From Verrucomicrobiia bacterium (GTDB taxonomy: Bacteria; Verrucomicrobiota; Verrucomicrobiia; Limisphaerales; UBA1319), in assembly GCA_963664225.1 (NCBI GenBank), contig OY760937.1:4576001-4640000 (forward strand): a stretch of DNA of 64,000 nt, given 5' to 3'. The notes under the pieces are model-generated. The model ran no database searches. It was not told the origin of the DNA and worked only from the letters and a program-made list of their open reading frames with translations. A program made the position numbers and the translations under genes. Shown piece after piece: positions 18,362 through 27,804 of the stretch; position 1 is the first letter of the stretch; the number at the start of each line of letters is the position of its first letter.

Positions 18362-20227
18362 ATGAACAAACACATCATCATTGCCTATTCATTACTGATA
18401 CTAACAGGAACCGCGATGGCCACCCCCAAAGATGAGGCGGTGTCCATACTGGACAAATACCTGGCACATGCCGGAGGGCGGGCTGCGGTGGAGAAGATCA
18501 AGACGGAGCGCATCAAGACGTCCGTGAAGGAACGGAATCAGGAACTGGAAGTGGAACTACAAATGCAGGTTCCTGACAAGGTTCTCTTTCAATTGACCGC
18601 GCCCAATGGAATGACCATCAGCATGGGGTTTGCGAGCAAGGGCACGGCGTGGCGCGATGAAGGGGATGGTCCAAGAGTCTTTGAAGGAGAGATGGCCGTT
18701 GGCATGTATCGGACCTTTTTCGGTTTGATGCCCGGAGCGCTATTGAGTCTCCAAACCAATGCCTGCCTTGAGAAGGCGGTGGTGGAAACAAACGGTGACG
18801 CATGCGTGATCAAAATCACGCCGGAATCCGGCAAGCTGATGGAACTGCAATTTGACAAGAGCGATGGCCGTTTGCTGGCGGTGGATCAGCATCAGTATGC
18901 GGATTACCGGGAGGTGGAAGGGGTCAAAGTCCCATTCTCCGTCAAAGACCAGAACGGCTTCTCTTTTGTCTTGAAAGAGGTCCGTTTCAATGTCGCTTTG
19001 GCGGAGTCCGAGTTTAAATCCGACATCTGGACTCAAACCGCGCCAGCAGCGGTGGAGCCCTATCAAACCCTGTCATCCGGGGCGGGTAAATTGGAGATTG
19101 TGCGGAAACCAAAACCGATGATCTTCAGGAAGAAACCGCTCACAGCATTGCCCCAGTACGATCCACAGAAACCGGATGCGTTTGCTGTGGATTTGCGGGG
19201 TTCGGATTGCTCCCAACTAAGCCTGGCTCATGAACAGTTGCAAAGCTTGTTGCATTCGACATTCGATAGCAAGACACGGTGGCCGAAAACGATGCCGGAG
19301 GGATTCGATCCAATGGCCGTGATGAAGCTGGGAATCAACCCGGGATTAAAAGTAAGAGAATTGCATCAACAGGGAATTACGGGGCGGGGCATTGGGATTG
19401 GGATCATCGATCAGACGCTCCTGGTGGATCATCAGGAGTACCGGGATCGCTTAAAATTGTATGAGGAAATTCATAATAGCACCCAGCCGGCGTTTGCCAT
19501 GATGCACGGGCCGGCAGTGGCATCGATAGCGGTTGGAAAGACGGTGGGGGTCGCTCCTGAGGCGGATTTGTATTACATCGCCGAGACGCATGGCACCAGC
19601 CCAAAGGAAGGGCGTTTTGAGTGGGACTTCACCTGGGTTGCAAAAAGCATCGATCGTTTGTTGGAGATCAACAAGACGCTGCCCGCCGATAAAAAGATCC
19701 GGGTCATTTCCATATCGGTGGGCTGGTCCAAGGGGCAGACTGGATACGAGGAAGCCAGTGCCGCTGTGAAACGGGCGGAAGCGGAAAATGTTTTTGTGAT
19801 TTCGACCAGTCTGCAGGAAACGCATGGGCTCCATTTCCACGGACTTGGGCGTGATCCCAACAAGAACCCTGATTTGAACGCCTCGTTCACCGCTGGATCC
19901 TGGTGGGCGGATGGCTTTTTCTCCGGCAGGCAATCAATCGATCCTGCCAAATATCTACTGGTTCCCATGGACGCACGGGCGGTTGCGAGCCCAAGTGGAG
20001 CGGAGGATTATGCATTCTACGGGGATGGCGGTTGGAGTTGGTCCGTGCCCTATATTGCAGGATTATATGCGCTGACGTGCCAGGTGGAGCCCACGATGAC
20101 TCCGAAACGGTTTTGGGATGTGGCCGTTAACACCGGCGATACAATTACTGTGGAACGCGATGGCACCAAAATGAAATTGGGATCGATTGTCAACCCGGTC
20201 GCCCTGATCGAGAAAATCAAAAAGTGA
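18362..20227 (+). CDS. Secreted S8 (subtilisin-like) serine peptidase with N-terminal LolA-like beta domain
   Basis: Signal peptide; triad motifs GIGIIDQ, MHGPAVASIAVG, GGWSWSVPYIAG; N-domain ILDKYLAHAGG...YADYREVEGVKVPF. Confidence 0.85.
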   Translation: MNKHIIIAYSLLILTGTAMATPKDEAVSILDKYLAHAGGRAAVEKIKTERIKTSVKERNQELEVELQMQVPDKVLFQLTAPNGMTISMGFASKGTAWRDEGDGPRVFEGEMAVGMYRTFFGLMPGALLSLQTNACLEKAVVETNGDACVIKITPESGKLMELQFDKSDGRLLAVDQHQYADYREVEGVKVPFSVKDQNGFSFVLKEVRFNVALAESEFKSDIWTQTAPAAVEPYQTLSSGAGKLEIVRKPKPMIFRKKPLTALPQYDPQKPDAFAVDLRGSDCSQLSLAHEQLQSLLHSTFDSKTRWPKTMPEGFDPMAVMKLGINPGLKVRELHQQGITGRGIGIGIIDQTLLVDHQEYRDRLKLYEEIHNSTQPAFAMMHGPAVASIAVGKTVGVAPEADLYYIAETHGTSPKEGRFEWDFTWVAKSIDRLLEINKTLPADKKIRVISISVGWSKGQTGYEEASAAVKRAEAENVFVISTSLQETHGLHFHGLGRDPNKNPDLNASFTAGSWWADGFFSGRQSIDPAKYLLVPMDARAVASPSGAEDYAFYGDGGWSWSVPYIAGLYALTCQVEPTMTPKRFWDVAVNTGDTITVERDGTKMKLGSIVNPVALIEKIKK

Positions 20228-20294
20228 GGGAGGGCGTTACTGATGCGCCTTATTCCGAGTTTGACCCACACCCGTGGAGCCTTAGTCTTGGCGC

Positions 20295-21338
20295 ATGAAT
20301 AAAAACGCCAGTCCGCTCTCATGGGTGGTTCTTGCCGCATTCCTGACTTGTTCCGTGGGAGAGATGCGAGGGGAAGCCAATGCGGTGTCCACGGGTGGAG
20401 CGGATCAGAAGAGTGAGATCGGGGTGTTGGACTTTCTGAAAAGCATCAGCGGGAAACAGATTGTCGCGGGGATTCACAACCGGGAGCCAAACCGGAAACC
20501 GGCTGTGCAAACGGATCATATTTTCAAAGTGGTGGGACGTTATCCGGGACTTTGGAGCGGGGATTTTCTTTTCAAGGCCGAGGATGTGACGAACCGCTGG
20601 ACCATGATCCGGGAGTGCAAGAAGCAGTGGGACGAGGGGGCGATTGTTCAGTTGATGCTGCATGTGGCACCGCCGGATCAACCGGAAGATTGTCAATGGA
20701 AGGGCGGGGTGTTAAGCCATTACAGCGATGCGCAATGGAAGGATCTGGTGACGGATGGGGGCAACCTCAACCAGGCGTGGAAGACCCGGCTCGATGGATA
20801 CGCCGTTTATCTGGATTACCTGAAAACCAATCATGTGCAGGTGTTGTTCCGTCCGCATCATGAGATGAATCAGGGTGGATTTTGGTGGGGCGGACGAAAG
20901 GGTCCTGAAGGGACGGCGAAGTTGTACCGGATCACGCACGATTACCTGGTGAAGGAAAAAGGGCTGACCAATCTGATCTGGGTGTGGGACATGCAGGATA
21001 TGAGCCGGGATTTTGCGGAGTATAATCCGGGCGACCATTACTGGGATATCTTTGCGTTCGATGTTTATGGACCGGGCTATGAGCAGGGCTGGTATGATTA
21101 CATTGTGCCGATTGTGGGCAATAAACCGATGGCCATTGGGGAATGTGAGAAGCTGCCCACGCCCCGGCAATTGAAGGCACAGCCGCGCTGGTGCTTCTTC
21201 ATGAGTTGGGCCGAGCTGACGTTTGGAAAAAATTCGGACCAGCAGATTCTTGATTTGTATCAGGCTCCGAGCGTGATCACGCGAGAACAATTGCCGAAAT
21301 TCAGCCACACACAAGGTCAACCCGATTCAGCCCGTTAA
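20295..21338 (+). CDS. Secreted GH26 glycosidase (beta-mannanase-like)
   Basis: VLFRPHHEMNQGGFWWG, GLTNLIWVW, YNPGDHYWDI, KPMAIGEC. Confidence 0.9.
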   Translation: MNKNASPLSWVVLAAFLTCSVGEMRGEANAVSTGGADQKSEIGVLDFLKSISGKQIVAGIHNREPNRKPAVQTDHIFKVVGRYPGLWSGDFLFKAEDVTNRWTMIRECKKQWDEGAIVQLMLHVAPPDQPEDCQWKGGVLSHYSDAQWKDLVTDGGNLNQAWKTRLDGYAVYLDYLKTNHVQVLFRPHHEMNQGGFWWGGRKGPEGTAKLYRITHDYLVKEKGLTNLIWVWDMQDMSRDFAEYNPGDHYWDIFAFDVYGPGYEQGWYDYIVPIVGNKPMAIGECEKLPTPRQLKAQPRWCFFMSWAELTFGKNSDQQILDLYQAPSVITREQLPKFSHTQGQPDSAR

Positions 21339-21342
21339 ACCA

Positions 21343-23700
21343 ATGAAAACGCGCCTCTTGTTTCTGAGTGGGATGTTCGTGGCCGCCGCCGTAATCGCCA
21401 GTCCAAGGTCCATTCCTCAACCGCTGCCGAATCATCCTGGCAATGTATTTACAGCCGGAGAAACCGTTGTGGTCTCGTTGTCGAATGCCAGTCCGTGGCG
21501 GTTGGTCGATTACGATTCCAAAACGATCGCGGAAGGGGAGGGTGACAAAGCCGGGTTGGGCCGGTTGTCCACAGGGTATTACGAGTTGCGAGGGGTGGTC
21601 GATGGCAAGGCGTCGAAGACGCTCACGACCATTGGAGTGGTGGAGCCGCTTCGCGCTCCCACATCAGTGACCTCCCCCATCGGTATTGACGTGGCGATGG
21701 CATGGTTTTACACCGGGGAACGGATGGAACAATCCGCGAGTCTATGCGCGCTGGCAGGTGTCAACTGGGTGCGCGACCGGCTGCGCTGGGATGAAATGGA
21801 ACCGGAGAAGGGCCGTTTCGCGCCCGCCAACAAATACGACGACACGGCCCGGATACAATCCAACGCGGGCTTGCGCGTTCTGCAAGTTCATCACGGAAGT
21901 CCCACATGGGCCACCAAGACCCCTCAACACCAGCCACCGGATTTGCGGGATGCCTATGATTTCATGCGCGAGATGGCGCTGCGATGGAAGGGGCGGGTGG
22001 TGGCGTTCGAACCATGGAATGAAGGCGATATTGAGATGTTTGGGGGACACATGGGCGTTGAAATGGCCGCGCTTCAAAAAGCTTCCTTTCTCGGCCTAAA
22101 GGCCGGTAACCCGGATGTGATTGTCTGCCAAAACGTCTTTGCCCTGGCCCAGCCCAATATCCTGGCAGATCTGGACGCCAACGTTGCCTGGCCTTACTTT
22201 GACACTTTCAATTTCCACCATTATTGCCTCCCGGATAATTATCCCAACGTTTACGCGGCGTTTCGTCCTTTCACGGCGGGTAAACAGATGTGGGTCACTG
22301 AATTTAACGCCCCTGTTCATTGGGCCGGAGACGCACAGGAACCCAACGATTCCGATTTGCGGGTCCAGGCAGAACGCGTGCCCGAGGTCTTCGCCGCGTC
22401 TCTTCACGAAGGCCCGGCAGCAGCCTTCTATTTCATGCTGCCACATTATTGTGAAGGTGAAACCCAGTTCGGCATCCTGCATAAAGACTTGACCCCGCGG
22501 CCTGCCTACCTGGCCCTGGCCGCTGTGGGTCGTCTTCTGGCCGACGCCCATCCGTTGGGCAAAATGCCGACCGCCGCGAACACGCGCGCCTATGTTTTCC
22601 GCGCCTGCCCGGACGGATGCGAAAGCGATGTCCTGGTGGCCTGGACCACCGAAGGTGAGTCGATTTTGGAAATTCCGACGGATCCATCCGCCCTTTACGA
22701 TCACCTCGGCCGCGCGAAATTCCAGGTGCGGGGAGAACCCAAAACGGCTTTAAAGATCGGCCCCGCCCCTGTGTTTGCTGTGTTCAATAAGAACGCTTTC
22801 TCCAGCGTGGCGCTGCAGAGTGCCCCCCTGCCGTCGGTGCTCAAAACCGAAAAGCCGTCTCCCATCGTTCTGCAAGTGTTGGTTCCGCAGGAAAAGACCT
22901 CCCTGAGCCTCTCCGCCTGTCAGGTTTCCTCCGAAAAACCCGATGCCCTCAGGGTTTTCGCCTATAATTTCGGAGATCGCAAATTTACAGGCCGTTTTTC
23001 AGTGAACGCCCCGGTTGGTTGGACGGTTCAGTTTCCAAGCCGGGTGGAACTGGCGCCCGGAGAACGAAAAGAGCTGCCTTTGACTGTTGATAGTCACTCT
23101 GGCAGCACGGCCCTTGTGGAGACCATTCGAATCCAGGGAAATTTTGGGGATGCCGGAAAGCCTGTCCTTTCGGTGCGCGTGACGCCCACTCCGTTCAAGC
23201 TGCGCGAGGGACAGGCCCTGAACCTGCCTTCCTCTTCGAACCAAAGCCGCTGGCAACCGCTCAATTCCGGCGGCAGCGAGATGGTTCTCACCAACTCGGG
23301 CAACGCCATTCTGGTCAGAGCGAAATTAAACCCCGGCGACCGCTGGGTGTATCCGATACTGACTCTGAACAAGAATGAACGACCCGCGGCGGATTTCGAC
23401 GCCTTTGTCGTCAAGCTCACTGCATTGGAAGGCGAGGGCACGTACCGCGCCATCATGGACGAGGAAAACGGCAGCAGTTACGCGATTGATTTGCTCCCCC
23501 AGCCAAAGCCGGGGGAGACCGTGGAGGCCATTGCTGTGCTATCCACCGGCGTTTATGGCCAGGGCTGGTCCAAGCCTGATGACAATGGAAAACTGGACCC
23601 GGATAAAATCAAGAGCCTTAAAATCGGATGCAGTCTGAAAGGTGAGTTCGTGAAATTTAGTTTCAAAAACCTCCGCTGGGTGAAAACCACATTGCCATAA
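21343..23700 (+). CDS. Secreted multidomain clan GH-A glycoside hydrolase (GH39/GH5-like)
   Basis: GVNWVRDRLRWDEMEPEKG; acid/base FEPWNE; nucleophile WVTE; FGIL..DLTPRPAY; C-terminal CBM-like domain. Confidence 0.75.
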   Translation: MKTRLLFLSGMFVAAAVIASPRSIPQPLPNHPGNVFTAGETVVVSLSNASPWRLVDYDSKTIAEGEGDKAGLGRLSTGYYELRGVVDGKASKTLTTIGVVEPLRAPTSVTSPIGIDVAMAWFYTGERMEQSASLCALAGVNWVRDRLRWDEMEPEKGRFAPANKYDDTARIQSNAGLRVLQVHHGSPTWATKTPQHQPPDLRDAYDFMREMALRWKGRVVAFEPWNEGDIEMFGGHMGVEMAALQKASFLGLKAGNPDVIVCQNVFALAQPNILADLDANVAWPYFDTFNFHHYCLPDNYPNVYAAFRPFTAGKQMWVTEFNAPVHWAGDAQEPNDSDLRVQAERVPEVFAASLHEGPAAAFYFMLPHYCEGETQFGILHKDLTPRPAYLALAAVGRLLADAHPLGKMPTAANTRAYVFRACPDGCESDVLVAWTTEGESILEIPTDPSALYDHLGRAKFQVRGEPKTALKIGPAPVFAVFNKNAFSSVALQSAPLPSVLKTEKPSPIVLQVLVPQEKTSLSLSACQVSSEKPDALRVFAYNFGDRKFTGRFSVNAPVGWTVQFPSRVELAPGERKELPLTVDSHSGSTALVETIRIQGNFGDAGKPVLSVRVTPTPFKLREGQALNLPSSSNQSRWQPLNSGGSEMVLTNSGNAILVRAKLNPGDRWVYPILTLNKNERPAADFDAFVVKLTALEGEGTYRAIMDEENGSSYAIDLLPQPKPGETVEAIAVLSTGVYGQGWSKPDDNGKLDPDKIKSLKIGCSLKGEFVKFSFKNLRWVKTTLP

Positions 23701-23804
23701 AGAAGAACGAGGTGGTTCGAGCTGCACCTTGTCGCCCGGCCAAAAGAGGATTGCCGATATTTTTTGCAAAATGTCCGCTTATGACTACCTTTTGGATGAT
23801 TTAA

Positions 23805-24647
23805 ATGAAAATGATCAATGCAATCGAGGCGGAAAGCGGGCTCAAGGCGATGACTGAGAGGCCCTCCGCAGCGCCCATTATGCAGGACAAGCAAAGCGAG
23901 CGAGATCACCGGCAACTGCGGATCGATCAGGTGGGGGTGCGGGGGTTGCGCTTTCCGATTCAGGTGCTGGACAAGGCGCGGGTATCCCAAAATACGATTG
24001 CGACGATTGGAATGTATGTCGATCTGCCCAAGGAATTTAAGGGGACCCACATGAGCCGGTTTCTGGAGGTTCTCAATGCACACGGCAACGTGATTCATGT
24101 GGATTGCCTGGCGGATATTTTGCACGCGATGCAGGCGCGGCTGAAGTCCGAAACGGCGCGTCTGGAGATGGAATTTCCCTATTTCATGGTAAAGAAGGCG
24201 CCGGTCACCGGTTTGGAAGGGATGATGGATTATACGGCACGGTTTGACGCGACGGCTTGCGGGCATGATATTGATTTCGTTCTTACGGTCATGGCCAATG
24301 TGACGACGTTGTGCCCGTGTTCGAAGGCGATCAGCAAGCACGGGGCGCACAATCAGCGTGGGACGGTCAAAGTGGCGTTGCGTTCGCGCCAGGCGGTCTG
24401 GATAGAGGATGTGATTGCGATGGTGGAGGGATCCGCAAGCAGCGAGCTTTATTCGTTATTGAAGAGGGCGGACGAAAAGGCGGTCACGGAGCGGGCGTAT
24501 GAGAATCCGGTGTTTGTGGAGGATTTGGTTCGCAATGTGGCGTTGCGGCTGAATGCGCATCCGGATGTGACGTGGTACAAGGTGGAGGCGGAAAATCAGG
24601 AGAGCATTCACAATCATAATGCGTATGCGTGCATTGAAAAAGGTTGA
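23805..24647 (+). CDS. folE2: GTP cyclohydrolase IB
   Basis: IDQVGVRGLRFPI, KGTHMSRF, TTLCPCSKAIS, GAHNQR, FVEDLVR, ESIHNHNA; exact start uncertain. Confidence 0.95.
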   Translation: MKMINAIEAESGLKAMTERPSAAPIMQDKQSERDHRQLRIDQVGVRGLRFPIQVLDKARVSQNTIATIGMYVDLPKEFKGTHMSRFLEVLNAHGNVIHVDCLADILHAMQARLKSETARLEMEFPYFMVKKAPVTGLEGMMDYTARFDATACGHDIDFVLTVMANVTTLCPCSKAISKHGAHNQRGTVKVALRSRQAVWIEDVIAMVEGSASSELYSLLKRADEKAVTERAYENPVFVEDLVRNVALRLNAHPDVTWYKVEAENQESIHNHNAYACIEKG

Positions 24648-24758
24648 AGATTTTTGTGGCGCTTAAGAATGGCTTTGATAGATTCTGCGTTTCACGGACG
24701 GCAAGGCCGTAGGTTGTGGCCAAAAAAAGCAAAAACAGGTAATCGTATTAATTGAGTT

Positions 24759-25352
24759 GTGACAGCGAAAAAAAACATCGTTAAAAAACCGGTTGCGGCG
24801 CCTGAGGCGCGCGGTAAATCGATGGGATCTGCCACATTAGCGTCGATTCTGGGGCGGACGGCACCCAGTCAGGCGCATTGGACTCCATCTGACAACGTGA
24901 AGCCCGAGTGGGAGAAGTTTTACCGTATTTTGCTGGATTTGCGCGAGCGATTGCTTGGGCAGATGAGCGGTCTGGCCAAGGAATCCGCCGAGGAAATCAG
25001 CGGTTACAGCCTGCACATGGCCGATTCTGGAACAGATAATTTCGATCGTGATTTCGCGCTGAGCCTGCTATCGTCGGATCAAGACGCGATTTACGAGATT
25101 GAAGAGGCCCTTAAACGCATCCAGAGGGGGACGTATGGGCTATGCGAATTGTCCGGCAAGCCGATTCCCAAGGCGCGCCTGGAGGCAATTCCCTGGACGC
25201 GGTTCACAGTGGAATCGCAGTCGCAGTTGGAGAAGGAAGGGGCGCTAAAACAGCGTCGCCTGGGAGCCTTGGGGACCGTGGATAACGCCGGAGTGTCTGA
25301 AGTTGAAGAAGAGGACGAGGTGGAGGAGAAGCCATCCAAGGAAAAAGAATAA
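24759..25352 (+). CDS. TraR/DksA-family regulator with degenerate (single-Cys) zinc finger
   Basis: HMADSGTDNFDRDFALSLL; IEEALKRIQRGTYGLCELSGKPIPKARLEAIPWTRFTVE; GTG start. Confidence 0.88.
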   Translation: MTAKKNIVKKPVAAPEARGKSMGSATLASILGRTAPSQAHWTPSDNVKPEWEKFYRILLDLRERLLGQMSGLAKESAEEISGYSLHMADSGTDNFDRDFALSLLSSDQDAIYEIEEALKRIQRGTYGLCELSGKPIPKARLEAIPWTRFTVESQSQLEKEGALKQRRLGALGTVDNAGVSEVEEEDEVEEKPSKEKE

Positions 25353-25375
25353 CGGTTTTTTAACACTAAACTTTT

Positions 25376-25543
25376 ATGGCCCGAGAAACTGTAACATTGG
25401 AATGCACGGAAGCGCGAAAAGAGGGTAAACCCCCGTCACGCTATTTGACGTCACGCAACAAAAAGTTGAAGACGGAAAAGATCGAGATCAAGAAATATAA
25501 TCCGTTTTTGCGCCGTCACACGGTGCATCGGGAAATCAAGTAA
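25376..25543 (+). CDS. rpmG: 50S ribosomal protein L33 (absent from the ORF track, 55 aa)
   Basis: Translated by hand: [55 protein letters not shown]. Confidence 0.95.
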   Translation: MARETVTLECTEARKEGKPPSRYLTSRNKKLKTEKIEIKKYNPFLRRHTVHREIK

Positions 25544-25546
25544 GTT

Positions 25547-25810
25547 ATGCCACGCAAAACGAACACGGAAAAACGCAAGGATGGGCGCGGTTCACGCCGG
25601 GGTACCATGGAGCATCGCACCCCAAGGCCCAAGCCCAAGGTTGATTTTACCTTCGACACCGTCGATTTCAAGAACGTGAATCTGCTGCGGCAGTATGTGA
25701 CCGACGCGGGTCGGTTGCTGCCCCGCAAGTACACGGGTCTTCCCGCGCATTATCAGCGCCAGCTCGGCCGCTCGATCAAACGGGCGCGCCAGATGCTGCT
25801 GATGAAGTAG
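25547..25810 (+). CDS. rpsR: 30S ribosomal protein S18
   Basis: VDFKNVNLLRQYVTDAGRLLPRKYTGLPAHYQRQLGRSIKRARQMLLM. Confidence 0.95.
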   Translation: MPRKTNTEKRKDGRGSRRGTMEHRTPRPKPKVDFTFDTVDFKNVNLLRQYVTDAGRLLPRKYTGLPAHYQRQLGRSIKRARQMLLMK

Positions 25811-25850
25811 CAGGACCGCCCTCAGCAGGGGGCGACGCCATTTAGAGAAT

Positions 25851-25892
25851 AGGCCGGTTGTTTCTCGCAACCGGCCTTGTTCTGTTTTTTTT
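25851..25892 (+). terminator. Intrinsic terminator after rpsR
   Basis: Perfect 10-bp stem aggccggttg/caaccggcct, 7-nt loop, downstream T-run. Confidence 0.8.
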
Positions 25893-26059
25893 GAACGTTT
25901 TCTAAAAACACGGTCTAAACAATTCGGATACGCACGTGAGACGATTCAGAACGGAACATGAGTTGCGGGGCGGGCGTTTCCGATTGATTATGAGAGCTTG
26001 ACAAATGGTCCCGGCCTGTTGTTAAAGAAGCGGGATTTACGGGACACGGAGAACTGGAA

Positions 26060-27025
26060 ATGATCAAGGTTCAAAATTTAACAAAGACATTCGGCCCGAA
26101 AGTGGCTGTGGACGGAGTTTCCTTCACGGTCGAACGCGGGGAAGTGCTGGGATTTCTGGGGCCCAACGGCGCCGGCAAATCGACCACGATGCGGATGGTG
26201 ACGGGGTTCATTCCGGCCACATCGGGGACGGTGTTTGTGGGCGGGCATGACATGTCCGCGGAGCCGCTCGCCGCCAAGAGAATGATCGGTTATCTGCCCG
26301 AGAACGCGCCGTTGTATGCGGACATGACCGTGTCCGGTTTTCTGGGTTTTGCCGCGGAGCTGCGCGGAATGAGCGGCACGGAAAAAGGCAAGGCGGTCGA
26401 TCGGGCATTGGAGCTTTGCTTTTTGGAGCCGGTGCGGCATCAGAGCATCGATACCTTGTCCAAGGGATACCGGCACCGCACCTGTTTTGCCCAGGCGATC
26501 ATTCACGACCCCGATGTGTTGATCATGGACGAGCCGACCGACGGTCTGGACCCGAATCAGAAACATGAGGTGCGGTCGTTGATTCGCACGATGGGGCAGA
26601 AGAAAGCGATTGTTTTTTCGACGCACATTCTGGAGGAAGTGGAGGCGGTTTGCTCGCGGGTGATCATCATTGACCGGGGCCGGATTGTGGCCAATGGAAC
26701 GCCGCAGGAGCTCAAGCAGCGAAGCGACGTTGCCTCCACGGTGGTGGTCAAGGCGCGGGGCCTGGCCGCCGGGATTCTGGAGCAGAAGCTGGCGAAGGTC
26801 TCCGGGGTGGGCAAGACGGCGATTCTGCAGGATGGAACCGGCGTGGTGGCTGTGCGGGCGTATCCGTCGGCAAAATCGCCCAATGGGGAGTTCGCAAAGA
26901 ATCTGGGTGAAGCGCTTTACAAGGAGGGCGTCCAGATTGAGGAATTGCACACGGATGAAGGAAGGATGGACGAGGTGTTTCGCAGTATTACAATGCCGGA
27001 GACCAGCCGGGGGAACGTGAAATGA
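26060..27025 (+). CDS. ABC transporter ATP-binding protein (GldA-like)
   Basis: GPNGAGKST, GYLPENAPLY, LSKGYRHR, MDEPTDGLDPNQ. Confidence 0.92.
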   Translation: MIKVQNLTKTFGPKVAVDGVSFTVERGEVLGFLGPNGAGKSTTMRMVTGFIPATSGTVFVGGHDMSAEPLAAKRMIGYLPENAPLYADMTVSGFLGFAAELRGMSGTEKGKAVDRALELCFLEPVRHQSIDTLSKGYRHRTCFAQAIIHDPDVLIMDEPTDGLDPNQKHEVRSLIRTMGQKKAIVFSTHILEEVEAVCSRVIIIDRGRIVANGTPQELKQRSDVASTVVVKARGLAAGILEQKLAKVSGVGKTAILQDGTGVVAVRAYPSAKSPNGEFAKNLGEALYKEGVQIEELHTDEGRMDEVFRSITMPETSRGNVK

Positions 27026-27765
27026 GCGCGATTGGAACAATAAAAACCATTGGAAAACGTGAGTTGACGGGCTATTTCGCCTCGCCGGTCGCGTATGTGT
27101 TCATCGTCATCTTTTTGTTGTTGGCGGGATTTTTCACCTTCATGGTGGGGCGGTTTTTTGACCGGGGCGAGGCGTCTCTGGCCTCCTTTTTTCTGTGGCA
27201 TCCGTGGTTGTACCTGTTTTTGGTGCCGGCCATCGGAATGCGTCTATGGTCGGAGGAACGGCGTCTGGGGACGATGGAGCTGTTGCTGACAATGCCGGTG
27301 ACGACGTGGCAGGCGATTGTGGGGAAGTTTCTGGCGAGCTGGGTGTTTCTGGCGCTGGCGCTATTCCTGACCTTTCCCGTTGTCATGACGGTGAATTACC
27401 TGGGGCGGCCGGATTCGGGACCGATCATTTGCGGCTATCTGGGGAGTTTCCTGATGGCTGGAGCGTATCTTGCGGTGAGTTGCATGACCTCGGCGATCAC
27501 GCGCAACCAGGTGGTGAGCTTCATCCTGTCCGTGGTGGGGTGCCTGTTTCTGATACTGGCGGGATGGCCGCCGGTGACATCGATGCTGGAGCAATGGGCA
27601 AAACCGTGGATGGTTGAAGGAGTGGCCTCATTCAGTGTGATGACCCATTTCGAGGGCTTCCAACGGGGTGTTCTGGACACACGGGATGTTCTGTTTTACC
27701 TGCTAGTGATTGTCTTCTCACTGTTCACGACGGGCGTGATCATTCGAAGCCACCGTGCGGGTTGA
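27022..27765 (+). CDS. ABC-2 permease (GldF-like)
   Basis: RELTGYFASPVAY, MRLWSEERRLGTMELLLT, HFEGFQRGVLD; 4-bp overlap with the ATPase. Confidence 0.9.
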   Translation: MSAIGTIKTIGKRELTGYFASPVAYVFIVIFLLLAGFFTFMVGRFFDRGEASLASFFLWHPWLYLFLVPAIGMRLWSEERRLGTMELLLTMPVTTWQAIVGKFLASWVFLALALFLTFPVVMTVNYLGRPDSGPIICGYLGSFLMAGAYLAVSCMTSAITRNQVVSFILSVVGCLFLILAGWPPVTSMLEQWAKPWMVEGVASFSVMTHFEGFQRGVLDTRDVLFYLLVIVFSLFTTGVIIRSHRAG

Positions 27766-27804
27766 GGGACGAAGCGAGCGAGAGAAAAAAATTAGCGCGA
27801 ATGT

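Noticed and set aside
24738..24760. TAATCGTATTAATT resembling half of a Bacillus-type Zur box upstream of the DksA-like gene
   Set aside because: The second half is not palindromic and I do not know the Zur motif for this lineage; too weak to call
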